64,000 bases of DNA from Takakia lepidozioides (taxonomy: Eukaryota > Plantae > Bryophyta): NCBI GenBank assembly GCA_030704615.1, contig CM060732.1, forward strand, positions 63,488,001 through 63,552,000. Reading direction: 5' to 3'. The notes below the pieces were generated by a model. It did not search any database. It was not told the DNA's origin and was given only the letters and a program-made list of their open reading frames with translations. Each line of letters starts with the position of its first letter. Position 1 is the first letter of the stretch. A program made the position numbers and the translations under genes. Below, piece after piece: positions 49,181-61,700 of the stretch.

Positions 49181-49704
49181 ATAAGAAAATATTCCATATA
49201 GTTTGGGAATATTTAAAAAAAATACTATGGTGGAACAAAATAGTGCAGTAACAAACGTCACAACTAACACCGAAACTAATATTCCAAATCTCACAACAGA
49301 ACCCTATTACTGCAGATTAGTGGTAACATGATCATTGTTCACTCTGCTCACAGTGCCAGGTTCAGGATTTCAGTATCAGATCCCAGTAAATTTGTCGTTT
49401 GTAAAATTTATTTAGGAATTGATTGTACTCATAAAATTTTAGCCATACCCAAAAGCTTCTGTGGCTGGATACAATATCCCGGAGTTTCTCTAGTTACATT
49501 TGTGGATAATATTTTTTAGAATTTATTTTGATAAAATCAGAGATTGTTTCGCTGACAACCTTATTTGGAGATCTAATGTGTTCAGACAGAACCCAAGATG
49601 ATTTTGCCAATGAAACTTGCACAAATTGTCGAACTATGAAGAATTGTTTTTTTCTGTTTTATTTTATTTTATAATATTTCTTAAGAGGGACAAGGGCCTT
49701 GGAA

Positions 49705-50195
49705 TCTACTTATAGTATATTGGTAATGATGATATATCAAGAGACGGTTTATTTGTTTTGTTTTGTTTTGTTTTGTAGCCGATATACCAATAATGATTGG
49801 GTATTACTACTCAATAAATTCATGGAAAAAAATGAATTGGGCCTTGACATGGGAGACGTACTTGGATACATATGAGATAGCACTTGGGCTTAGATGACAT
49901 TGGACACTTGGGCCTCTACATGGGAGAGGCACTTTAGATACATGAATAGAAGATTGCACTTGGGCTTAGATGGGCCTCTACGGCTTGACATATGAGATAC
50001 ACTGGGATACATAAAAGATGTTACACTTGGGCTTACAGGACACTGGACACTTGGGCCGACGGCACAGGCTACACTAGAGGTCGCACATGGACCTCGACAT
50101 AGGAAATTGCACTTGGTCTTAGATTTCAACTCTTCACACATGGGCCAAAGGTACAGGCTATCCTAGAGGTCGCATTTGGGCCTCGATATAAGACA
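49705..50195 (+). mobile_element. Non-autonomous Helitron-like element with tandemly repeated 3' modules
   Basis: A|TCTACTTATAGTATAT 5' end; repeated CACTTGGGC and GGCACAGGCTA..CTAG modules. Confidence 0.5.
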
Positions 50196-50791
50196 GTAAG
50201 GGGACTTCTTGTATATACATAGGTGGGAGAGCTTTGGAAGAAGGGCCCACCTCCCCACCACAAACGGTTCTTATGAAGGTCATAAAATGGGAAAGCAATG
50301 GAGTATCCAATTTACGGGTACTTCTCGAGGCAATGCGAACGTTTCAATTAATAAATTGTAGAATGATCAGAAACATAAATGTATAAGTAATACAAGTTTT
50401 ATTGTAGATAATTAAAAGAATGTACGAACTGTTCCAAATAGTCACTTCGTTTAGCCTATGTATGCGTACAAGAAGAAAATTAGACAGTTTGATCGTGACT
50501 AGATCTGTTGCACGAAATACATGAAATTGGGATGACATTTAAAAGACAACAACCTCGTTGAAGTCCATGGTGAAAACCGTTGTGAAGCTGCCAGACAACC
50601 GCTCAAGATCGCATCCAGTACTGAAGTTGAATTATATGGTTATGTGAAAGAGATCTCCTACATGCATCTACAAAGCTGGTCACAATATGGCACTGGGAGA
50701 ATCTCCAAAAGGACCTCGTGAGACAACATTATACCACCACTGTCAGTAAAAAGAGCCATGTGACACCCAGGCCTCAATTATGACTTTCAAA

Positions 50792-51316
50792 TTATTGAGT
50801 TAACAATATGTGAAGCGACGTTTGTTTTGTCACATTGACATGTCCCAAACCGCAAGGCCCTAGCGCTGGTGCTTGGTACCGTTGGAAAGCCCTCGACGAG
50901 GAGAGGTGCACGGGCTTGGTCTCATGATTTTTGGATGTGCGGTGTGGGAGATGTGGAATTTCAAGTACTTTGGGTTGTTGGAAAATATTCACGAAAATAT
51001 CAAAGTGGGCATTCCTAGGACAATGGTTGGAGGCTCGACATGAGAGATATCAAGAGAAAGGTCTCCGGTTCAAATCTGGTCGTAGGCTCTGTGGAGAAAA
51101 AATGATGAAATATGGCTAAAACAAATTTCAAGTACTTTGGTTGCTGGACAATGATTGGAGCCTCGACAGGAGAGATACCAAGGGGAAGGTCTCCGGTTGA
51201 AATCAGGTCGTAGGCTCTGTGGAAAAAAAATGATTAGATATGGCTTGATTCATACATTGATGCATTTGGACTTAGATGACATTGGACACTTGGGTCAACG
51301 ACACATGCTATCCTAG
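50792..51316 (+). mobile_element. Non-autonomous Helitron-like element
   Basis: Ends ...GGGTCAACGACACATGCTATCCTAG|T; inverted homologue at 51385-51860. Confidence 0.55.
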
Positions 51317-51384
51317 TACTATGCAAATGAGAGCTATTTAGAAAGGATTATGATGCTTTCTTTAATTCTACATCTTAAAAAGTA

Positions 51385-51860
51385 CTAGGGTAGCCTGTGT
51401 CGTTGGCCCAAATGTCCAGTGTCATCTAAGTCCAAGTGCAATCCCTTATGTATCAAAGTGCGTCTCCTATGTCGAGGCCCAAATGCAACCTCTAGCCTTT
51501 GCCGTTGGCCCAAGTGTCCAATGTCATCTAAGTAAGTTTTTTTCCACAGAGCCTACGACCAGATTTGAACCGGAGACCTTTCCCTTGATATCTCTCCCCT
51601 CGAGGCTCCAACCATTGTCCCAAGAATGCCCACTTTGCCATTTTTTGCTATTTTTTGTGAATTTCCAGCTACCAAAAGTACTTGGAATTCCAGATCTCCC
51701 ACACCGCTGTTCCAAAAATCATGAGACCAAGCCGGTGCACCCCTCCTCATCGAGGGCTTTCCAACGCCACCCGCGCTGGGGCTCCGCGGTTTGGGAGATC
51801 TCAACGACGCTACAAAACAAAACAAACGTCTCGCTTCATATATTGATTCTTATTTATTTT
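51385..51860 (-). mobile_element. Non-autonomous Helitron-like element (inverted copy)
   Basis: Minus strand ends GGGCCAACGACACAGGCTACCCTAG|T; body homologous to 50792-51316. Confidence 0.55.
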
Positions 51861-52479
51861 ATTTAAAAAATTGACAGATTTGAATGTTCAATAAATCTGA
51901 AAATATTAGGGCATATGGAAAGCTCTTGAAATTCAAGCTATAACTCAAACACATATTCAGAAATATTTATCAACAAATTGTCAAAAAACATTTGAGGAAA
52001 TTTTGGTAACACCCCTTGAACATGCAACATGATGTCTTATTTTTGCTACTACCTTCGTAAAACAGTTTTTAACCTACACCTAATTGTCAAAATTGTTTGT
52101 TGAGAATTTCTAGTTGCAAATCGTGAAGTGCCTGTTTTGGGATGCTGCTGCAGTCGGCCGAAGGTGCGGCCGGTGGCACCTGTGGCACCTAGTTATTGTT
52201 AAAAGAATTTGAGACAGCCTAGGGCCCAACCTACACATCCTATCCCCCCTCTTTGACTCTCTCTCTCTCTTCCTTGCTTCACGTTGTCTCCTTGAATCCT
52301 TAAACCATAGAAGCAAGAAGGCATAATATTCTTTTGATCTTGGCCTTGAAGCACGTGATTACAACAATTCATTATAAACGAGCAATATGTTGGATTGTTG
52401 ATCATAACGAGGGAATGTTGTGCAGCGACTAGAAATTTTTTAAGACCCTTAGTTTTTGAGAAACCATCTTCAGCACGGA

Positions 52480-53040
52480 TAAAGGCAATTCAGCTGAATT
52501 TGAAGCCCTCCTAGATATACCCACATACTCGGAGCAATTGATGGAAGCCATATACCAATAATTGCACCTCCGGATGATCCCATTTCATATTACTGCCGTA
52601 AGGGGTTTTTATTTAGCATTGCTACAAGGGGTGGTGGATGCAAAATGCAAATTTTGGGATTATGACTTTGGTTGGGTTGGTAAAACTCATGATTGGGCTT
52701 TATTTCAAAAAACCAGCATAGGTAGAAGAATCATGAAGAGAGCATTCTTACCTTACAAGTTCGTTAGTGATGCCGCTTATCCAATCGCCCTTTACTTTAT
52801 TCTCCATTCAAGAGTGAGAAAGATGATTTGTCCCGAGAAAAAGCACACCGGAACTTCATTCAATCTAGTTTCCGCATAGCCGTGGAAAGAGCATTTGGAT
52901 AACTAAAAGGCATGTGGAGGATATTGTTGAAGAGGATTTGTATGCCATTGCGACATATCCCCGATGTTGTCACTACGTGCCTTTATTTACATAATCTATG
53001 TATAATTCATGGTGAAATTTCCGATATGGATTGGGCAAAG
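52480..53040 (+). pseudogene. PIF/Harbinger transposase (HARBI1-like DDE) relic
   Basis: IPHILGAIDGSHIPIIAP...YYCRKGFY...LQGVVDAKCKFWDYDFGWVGKTHD...SDAAYP...RIAVERAFG*LKGMWRIL...LHNLCI, with stops and frameshifts. TIRs not found. Confidence 0.88.
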
Positions 53041-54479
53041 GAACCTGAATTCAAAATGTAACCAGAAACCAATCAAAGACTCGGGGATTTTCAAAACAAA
53101 GACATGTTCCATATTGCAAAAGATGCAATAAAACAAATAAAACAACTACAGTGCCCAGTGGTACAAACTGAAATGACTAGACGTATTGATGAAGATAGAG
53201 ACTCAAGTGATGATACAATACGGAAGAAGGGCCACAAACTAGAAAAGACAAGGAAGAGAAGATAAAAAAAATGTTGGCTGAGGCTACGAGAGCTCATGAT
53301 CTGCTGGCCAAGTCATTTTACAATGCAAAATTGAAGAGCGACAGTAACTTTCCTAAAATCACCGATTCAGATTCTGAAATAAGCCATTGAATACTACATT
53401 TTGTTGATTAGGCGGTCCATTTTGTAGTCCACCCTCTTTCTAGCAAAGCATTTGTACGTACCAATTTTCTCACCATGATGGAGTTATTTCTCTACTACTT
53501 TAGCAAACATTTAAAGAGCTTGATCATGGAATTTTGCTTATCCTTTGGGTGGTGGTGTTACTTGTTCAATTTCAGTTTCTATCTCATTGTCACCAATTTC
53601 CATTCGCTATGTATTGCCTTGGCATGGTAAATTGGTGTCACTGGCTAAAGCTGTAACATGCTTAAAAATTGTTCCTATTTGGTGCTACCACTGATCCATT
53701 GAGTCATAAAATTTATAGTCATGACCATCATTGCCCGAGACCCCATGACCCCATTGGCCAATTTGTCCTCTTTATATTGTTTGAAGAGTATGTTGAATTT
53801 GTGAACTCTGTGGTAGATTATAAGAAACTGGAGTACTAAGCCAAACCTTCCAGTTCTCTACACAAGTTAGCTTACCAGCTGATGACTGTGGAACTCCGGC
53901 GCGTGCTTGCCACGAGGTGGCTATCGAGAGTCTCTCTACCTATGTACAACCCCATCTATGACCTGTTTCAATCCTGCGGCTGATAGGCTTTAAAAAATAT
54001 ATTCTAATGCTAAGTTTCTTGGGCCTAAGGGAAAGACTTGGGGCTCCGTCCCAAGAGCTTTCCTTTTGTTGGGCTGGGCCAAGAATTTGGCGCCATAAAT
54101 CATGTCATGTAGGCTTCATGTCATTTTCTTGGTCATAGGGCCCACCCATGAAAGGGGGCAATAGCCGAAAGGTGAAGTGGCTCTTAGTTACGCCGGCTTC
54201 GGCCATAGTCTTCACTCTCTCTCATTTTCTTGGTCTTACCTCGTGTAAGCTTGGGCCCAATTTGAGGATCTTGACCAATAGGATTTCTTGTTTCTAGCTT
54301 GATCTTGGGCCTGGCCCCTCGTGTAAACCGGCCCTTAGTTTGGGGGTTTGGGAGTGCGTGGATCTGCAATTTGGATGTTGCATGATTTTGTTGTGTTTGT
54401 TGCGGATGGCGTGGGCAGATATTACTGTGGTGTTGTTTTTGGATGGTAAGGTTTGTTTTACGGACGGAGGTTTTGAAGT

Positions 54480-55230
54480 GGAAGCGCTCTATAATCGGGA
54501 AAGTTATTCTTCGAGAAGCATATACGAGACAATGAGTGCTCCCATCTTCTTCTTTGATGATTTGTTTATCAAAATACCTCAGGCAGATGCGATGTCTGTC
54601 ATAGGATTTTCTGATGAGTGCAATACATGACTTCCAAAGTGCTGTCCGAGCAATACTTCACGGCTTGTATCGAGGATGAGACAACCACATTGATTTCTAC
54701 GAAAGCGTCTGGCAAGCCCCTAATGAATTTGGATATGGAAATTACACTCCGATTTTGCAAGGAGGAGATTGAATTCTGGAAGGATCAGTTCAGTGTGTTG
54801 AGAGATTTCAAGGGATTTGATCCCAAATTATTGGCGGCCTCTGATCTCATCACATGTTTGCAGTTGCTTTCTAACTGCATTCTGCGAAGATAAATCGTTC
54901 TTGATTCTTTGTATGAAGGATTGCTTGCCTGAGGATCAAAGTAGAGTATGCATGGTGGGAAGTATCTCTAGGATCTGCTTCATAAATGGTCCGAGCTTCC
55001 TGCCCAAAGCAATGGAGGGATTGAAGAGACACAATATTTCATGGGCAAGTTGAGATTTCTTTCTGCAACCATGATCCCTCAATGGCTGCTATACAATTGC
55101 CCTGTAGAATTTATACATTCATATGTTCACACCAGCAGTCGACAACTCTGGTCCTTTATTTGGCTTTGGTTTGGTTGGGGAGGACGCTAGAAAACTGGTC
55201 ATTAGGTTGCACTGCAGGTTGCCATGATTT
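54480..55230 (+). pseudogene. Possible degraded LINE ORF1-like relic
   Basis: Fragments INGPSFL and PQWLLYNCPVEF resemble plant LINE ORF1 motifs (GPxF, PxWxxLxNLPxE). Weak. Confidence 0.25.
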
Positions 55231-55755
55231 CCTTTGAGTCTCAGTTGATCAGTTGCAGCCTAGTTCGGCAAGAATGATATTTTTGGAGGATTTGACTCTA
55301 AGATAAACAATTGCACAAAGATGTCTGCATAACATCGTCCCCCAGATATAGACTGATATATCTATCCTAGGAGCATGAGATCATGGAGTGCCATCAGCAG
55401 AGAAAAGAGAAACACACAGAGAGTCCCTAGGACATGCACCTGATATGGAAAGTCGGGCAACTGTGACCAAGGGCTGCAAGAGATACGGAGGAGGACAACA
55501 TACAAAGTAGCTTACCCAGCATTTCGCATTTCCACCATTCAATAAGTTCAGTATTGGTAGTGTGGCTGCACCCAGAAAGAGTTGGTAAAAACCTGGGTTG
55601 CGACACATGGTTCTAACTTAATCAAAACAAACAAGGAAGTGGGTATATCAGTAACCCCATCATCCGTCAACCCCAGCTCACTAACTAAACTTATACACCT
55701 TAATCACCAACATTTTCCACACAGTATTAAAAAGAAAAATTACGTACTAGTAGAT

Positions 55756-58700
55756 CTACTCAGACACCATCATTTCCACCACAACTTCCTTCTCAGTGAA
55801 GGTTCGGTATACAACGCGCTCGTCTCGTGGAGACTTGTTACTTTCCATCACGGCACACCCTACCAGATCCTGCCATGGTCATCACATTGGCAATCTTAGC
55901 CAATCCCGCACCCTTCAACTTTCAAAACCAAACTTCTGTTGGATTGTAGACTTCCACAAATAAACCTTACTACATAATGTATGTATTACACGTTGGCTGG
56001 ATTTGCGGGTGAAACATACAGCTTATATTGGTTAGGATCTATCCTTGAGGTGAAGTCGCTGCCTGAGGCGGGTCCTCAGATTGTGGCAACTACAGCATAC
56101 TACTCCCAAAGCTAGTGTAGGGAATTGATCCACACACGGGGTTGCTCAAAGTGAAAGTCACACATGGGCATTTCAATGAATAGCAGAATAGTGAATTTCC
56201 ATAATAAACCTACTACAGTAAGCCTGACTATTCACAAAAAGACAGCTAAATTCAGTCATTTCTGGTCAACATACCTTGACATTTCTATGAGACAGGAATT
56301 TGCCCAGGCTGTGGAAGAGGCGCCGCAAATCCTCTGACTGCAGGCCAAAAATGACCAAAATCTTACATCAATACACACACCAACACCAATGAAGAAATGA
56401 CTGCACATGATTTGGAATGGCATTAACAGCAGCAGATTGCAAGAATGCCTGCGAGTACAGTTGCATTTGTGTTTCAAAAATCAAGACACGTCAGTGATGC
56501 TGAACCACCTTACTACTGGTCACAAATCATCTTTCAAGGTATCATCACCCAATAGACATTAATTAAAGTCAAACTGCATCTGCAGATTGCAGATATAAAC
56601 GCAAAGCATCAATATCTTCAAACAAACCTTCCAATGGACAGTGTAAAAGAAAACACACCTTGAGGTAACCGACTCTGTTCTTGTCAAAATAGCGATAAGC
56701 CTGCTTACACACAAAGGTCCTCTTTATAACCAATCACAAACACCAACTGAGTGCAACCCAGCACTCTGACTGTCTACTTCATGTGTTAGCTTGCTTGTCT
56801 CTATTATATATTGACACACTAGTATAATAGTCTGAGTGATATTCTGATGGGAGGATGATAGATAGTGCATATACTGGTTGTGGACACAAACGACACATAG
56901 TTGGACAAATAAGACTGTTTAAAGGTCCACAGAAGGACTCGAAGGGAAAGGACATGCACTTGGGGATGAGGTGCCAAGGGGACAAGACAGAGAATTGTTC
57001 AGGTACACATAACGATGCTGAACATGCAGGCTCTCTGTTGGAGATTGTTACCCGGAGCAGCTCCTGATCCAACACAAGCTTCTTCTCCACTCTCGCATGC
57101 TCTACCTTCTCTATCTATGAACCCACAAACACAACATTTCACCGGGTTAAAAGCAGCAGTCAGACTTCACCTTGCTAACCTCTGCTTGAGGTAGTAATTA
57201 TGAGCCTCCATCAGGCTACAAAGAAAGAAAGGCAGGGATTGAAAAACAAACTGAATCTCAAAGTGACATCATCCAGCCATATTCACTTCCACCTTAAATA
57301 TCTCACCTCCAGTTCGCAGATCTCTGATGCATCTCTCATCTCTGCATCCCCATCCTCCATCACTTTGGTTTCGCCTTTGGGCTCCTCTTCATCTTTACTT
57401 TCTTCAAACTTGACTTCCTTGATCTCTGTATTGTTCTCTATTGCTGCAAGTTGAAGGTCACCCACCTCCAGCTGATCTTTACTGGCCCCTTCTTCAATTT
57501 TCTCCTCAAGGATACCGTTCTCCTCAATCTTCTCCTTTGCTTTGATTGGCTCTTCTTCAATTTTTAAATCTGTTTCTACTACCACCTCAGTCTCTGATTT
57601 CCCCTCTACTGCCTCTGGCTTGTCTGAAAACTTACTGCGCTTCCGTTGAGAGGATGAACCCTCAGCATCAGTCTCTCTCTCAGTATCGTTCTTACGCTTC
57701 CGTTCCTCTCTCTGGTTGGCATAGCTTACCTCCCGCAACATCTGCAATATCCCCAAGTTACTATGTAACGTTCCCCAGGAGGAAATGTGACGAAGAAACA
57801 ACAACAGAAAAAGTGAGGGCATGATTTTGTAACATCCACAGAGGGCTAAGAGGGCCCATGGGGCAAGGAAGAACAAACCAAGAGAAACAAGCAGACAGAC
57901 AGACAGACAGACAGGAGGAAGAGAAATAGAGGGAGTGGGTCAGATAGAGGGGAAAGTGGTATTAAACAAAAAAACCGGTACCATGTGCATGAGAGAGCGA
58001 AGTAGATATTCAACTTTGCAGTGCACGGTTGAGGTTTAGAGCAAGAGCATACCTCTAAATTGGACAAAATTTGACTTCCCATTTTGAACTGTAGCAACTC
58101 TTGGAACAACTCGGCAAATAGAGAGAGCTGTTTGACACACAATTGACCCATCATCAAGAAGGATAATTTTTCAAAGCAAAATTAAAGATAATGATCACAA
58201 GCACCAACAATGCAATGACCTCTAACCAAGACAAGATGACCATAACAACTTGTCTTGAAAAGCAGTTGAAAAAGACCTGAAAAACAGACTCTGCTATGTC
58301 TTAAAGTCACAAGTGGGATTAGCAAGGGAGACACTACCATGGACCGCAGATGGCAATAAGTTTTAAAACAACAAAGTTAAACCCTGCTGTAACAATGTGA
58401 CAAATCTAGAATTACTGTACACAAGGCATTTCTTTAGTCGCGACCACAAAAAGAGGGTTCATCCCATTTTACCTCAAATGTGCAATCTTCTCTATCTTCC
58501 TCATCATAGTCAAGCAATCCATCTAAGGAAATAGTCATTGAACGCATCTGCAGAGTACAGCGCATTACATAAGTACATGAGTAAGAGCGAAAGGTGGTGT
58601 GAGGAGGTACATGTATATTTTGTCCAAAATTTTCATCTTTTCAGCAACACATTGCAATACATGTCAGCTAGGGATAAGAGCTCCTGGTGGGTAGCAGGTA

Positions 58701-61700
58701 GAATTTATTCCAACAGGATATCCCATATGGGGTTAAAAACGTGTCTTCAGGCTCCTACACGCACAGAAAGGAATGGCTACCCACACACTGCCGGCTAGGC
58801 TGTGTCTTCACAGAAACAACACTCAAGATCAGACATATCATGGGATGAGCATCCGATAAAGGAAATGTTCTCGAAGTGGATTGGCTAGTCATAAACTACG
58901 TCAACAACAGAAGCTGTTGAACTCTCTGCTGCATCAACATCCCTAGAGTGAAAACTCCAGGACGACACTACAGGGGCCCATACCTTGGTGGCTTTGGTGC
59001 ATTTGGTAGTGAGCACAAGACCAGGCAAAGGCAGAACCATATTTTCCACTTTCACTTGATCCCTACTATTCTCCAACCGAGGCTTATTTGCTGCATCCAC
59101 TAATTCATCTTTCTTGTCTTCTGGTATGTCATTATTCTCAGGCTTCTCATCATTCTCAGGCCTGGTGCCCTCTGCTGCCAGTTCCTGCCCCACGATAGTG
59201 TCCTTCACACCATTCGACTCCCCTGTGCCAATACCCAAGAATGCAACTTGCATGAGTTCTCTGCTACTATTATACACTTCATCACCACTTACAAAGTGCA
59301 GGACCAGTGCCATAGGAGAGAATTCTTGGAGTCAGCACTCACTTCTCCAATCAAGTCTCAATTAAAAAAAGAAGCTAAGAAAAGCTGCAATCGCAGATCG
59401 GACCAAAAGGAAGCCTTCATCTCAAATAGAAGCTTTCATTAGCCTCAGACCTTGTATGTGCACTTGTGTTTCAGCTTAGGCTCACTGTCTGCAAGACCTG
59501 ACACCTTGCAATACAGCCAATGGGCTAACAACTTACCACTGCTGGGTATATGAACACGTGAACAATCAACTTCTAATCACACTAAGACATGAGCCAAAAC
59601 AGAGCTACCTTCCTTAGGGTGCTCATCCTTCTCAGGTGATTTCTCCTCCTGGTAGCACAGAAGCCAACAGAAGCCATGTTAGCCCAGTGGAGGAATTTGC
59701 AGTATAATATTTGTCTATGTTTTGAAGGAATGGTACATCCTCATGCAATGATAAATAAATCTGGTTTCCTAACAAACAGCCTTGTCAAGCTTGAACTCTG
59801 CCAAAACTCAAGAGGAATCCATCACGTACATAATTCTCTCAAAACTCACGCAAATAGCACAGTGTTTACTCAACTAATTTCATTCACGTCCATAAATTTG
59901 CTGGTTAGCACCATACAAATCATGCTAGTATCATTTACTCTGAAAGGTGAAATCTGGAGCTTAAGAGCAGCTTAGACGATTCATGACCAATCCTATTACC
60001 TACATACAAAGGAAGAAAAATGGCTCGTCCGTCACCAAAGCTTTAGCGCGTTCATAATATCAAAGTTCAACAACTGTCAGAGTCAGCCTCCACTATTTTT
60101 GGGGTGTTTTCAAACCCTACCATGTGGCAGGAGATCGGGGAAGAGAGCACCTTTTCCTTGGTTGCAGCTTCATGATCTAGCTGAGCTTGCTGTCGCTCAG
60201 TCCACTGTATCTGCCAGTCCTCTAGTGATGGCACGCAGTCAGCCAGATGAGGAAGAAACATCACTGTAATCTCTCTGTGGCTGGGCAGGCCATCTTCCCC
60301 CAGCCTTTCATAGTGGACCTGCACACATCCATCTTAAAGCTGTCAGTCGCTCTGATAGGTACATCTTCCCCTGTTGTGCCCTGCCTGCCTCTCTCTGCAG
60401 CTCATTGTCTCTCTTCACTACACACACACCTCAACAACTGGAAAGGCAAACTCCACCTCTAAGAGGGAAGAACATAACAATTATTACTCCACGCCTGACA
60501 ACCTGGGCTACCAAGCAACTCACCAACCAGTGAACCTGTAGAAGACTGGCAAACCCAGCGGCTAAAACATACCCTGGAATCTTCTGATGTACAGTGAAGT
60601 CGTGCTGAGGGTTTTCATAGTGTGAAAGTACCTCTAGAAAACGAGTCCATTTCTTGCACCGACTTAGGTCAAGTTGACTCGACTCTTTAGTGCACCTGCA
60701 CCAACACAGACAATGGTTATAACTGCACACCCTACCATTTCTCTCCTACTAATAGCACAGAAGAAGCACTCAAACATGTTTAATGTATAATCAGTCAAGG
60801 AGACACTGTAATATACTATGGCACTCTGGTTCAAGGAGACTAAGAAAATAGAAAGCAAAAGATAACCTATTGAGCATCCCGTATGTGATGAGAATGACAC
60901 AAAAGCCACTACCGAGACCAAAAGCAATCAGCTGCTGGATCTAGTGGTGTTAAGTTGACAAATAAAAGCCCTTTCAATGATCAATCAGATAGCATACAAG
61001 TGATAGACAAGACAGAGACCAACGCAGAGCTAGAGTCATCAGCTGACCTGATTGCAGCACGAACCAAAGCATCCTCATCAGTGGCAGGATCCCCACCGTC
61101 AAGCTCCAAGTCCCAGGCACCTCCAGCAGCCATTATAGCGCTGCGATCCTTCCGAAGTGCAACAAACTTAAGCAGGTTATGAAGGTGAGCAGGCTTGTCT
61201 TCTGCACTCTTCTCGGACAGGAACTCAGCAAAAGCTTCATCAGTCAACCCACTCATCAGCATGACCTGCAGCAACCCAACCAGGGCTGACAGTCAGTAGC
61301 TATGTAAACAAACAGTTCTTCATAGACTGGAGGGTGAGAAATAGAGAGAGAGCTACTACCCTCAGTAACAACAGAACATATAGAATCAGGGAGCTTCGAC
61401 TGCTTTGTGCTGCTGACCAACAAGAGAGCCGGGATGGTAATGGCTGGAATCTCCCTTTATTGAGCCTGTTCACCACAAGTATCTCTGTAGCTTGGGTTGC
61501 AAAACCTCAGAGGCGTGCAGACACCTACTGATATTGAGCAATATATAACTCCCCTGTGATCTTGCAAAAATCCTAAGCAGCTGGCTCAGAGAGAGAGAGA
61601 TGAGACACCACAAGAAGGACAATCAGGGTCAAGTGATGGAGCGGCATGAGTCTTCAAAAGATACAGGGTTTCAGCGGGTCACCGTGACTCAGATGAGATA

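Noticed and set aside
57171-57215. Extra CCAR1 exon with AG/GT borders
   Set aside because: It introduces an in-frame TAA in the expected phase, so it was left out of the model; it could be a poison or alternative exon.
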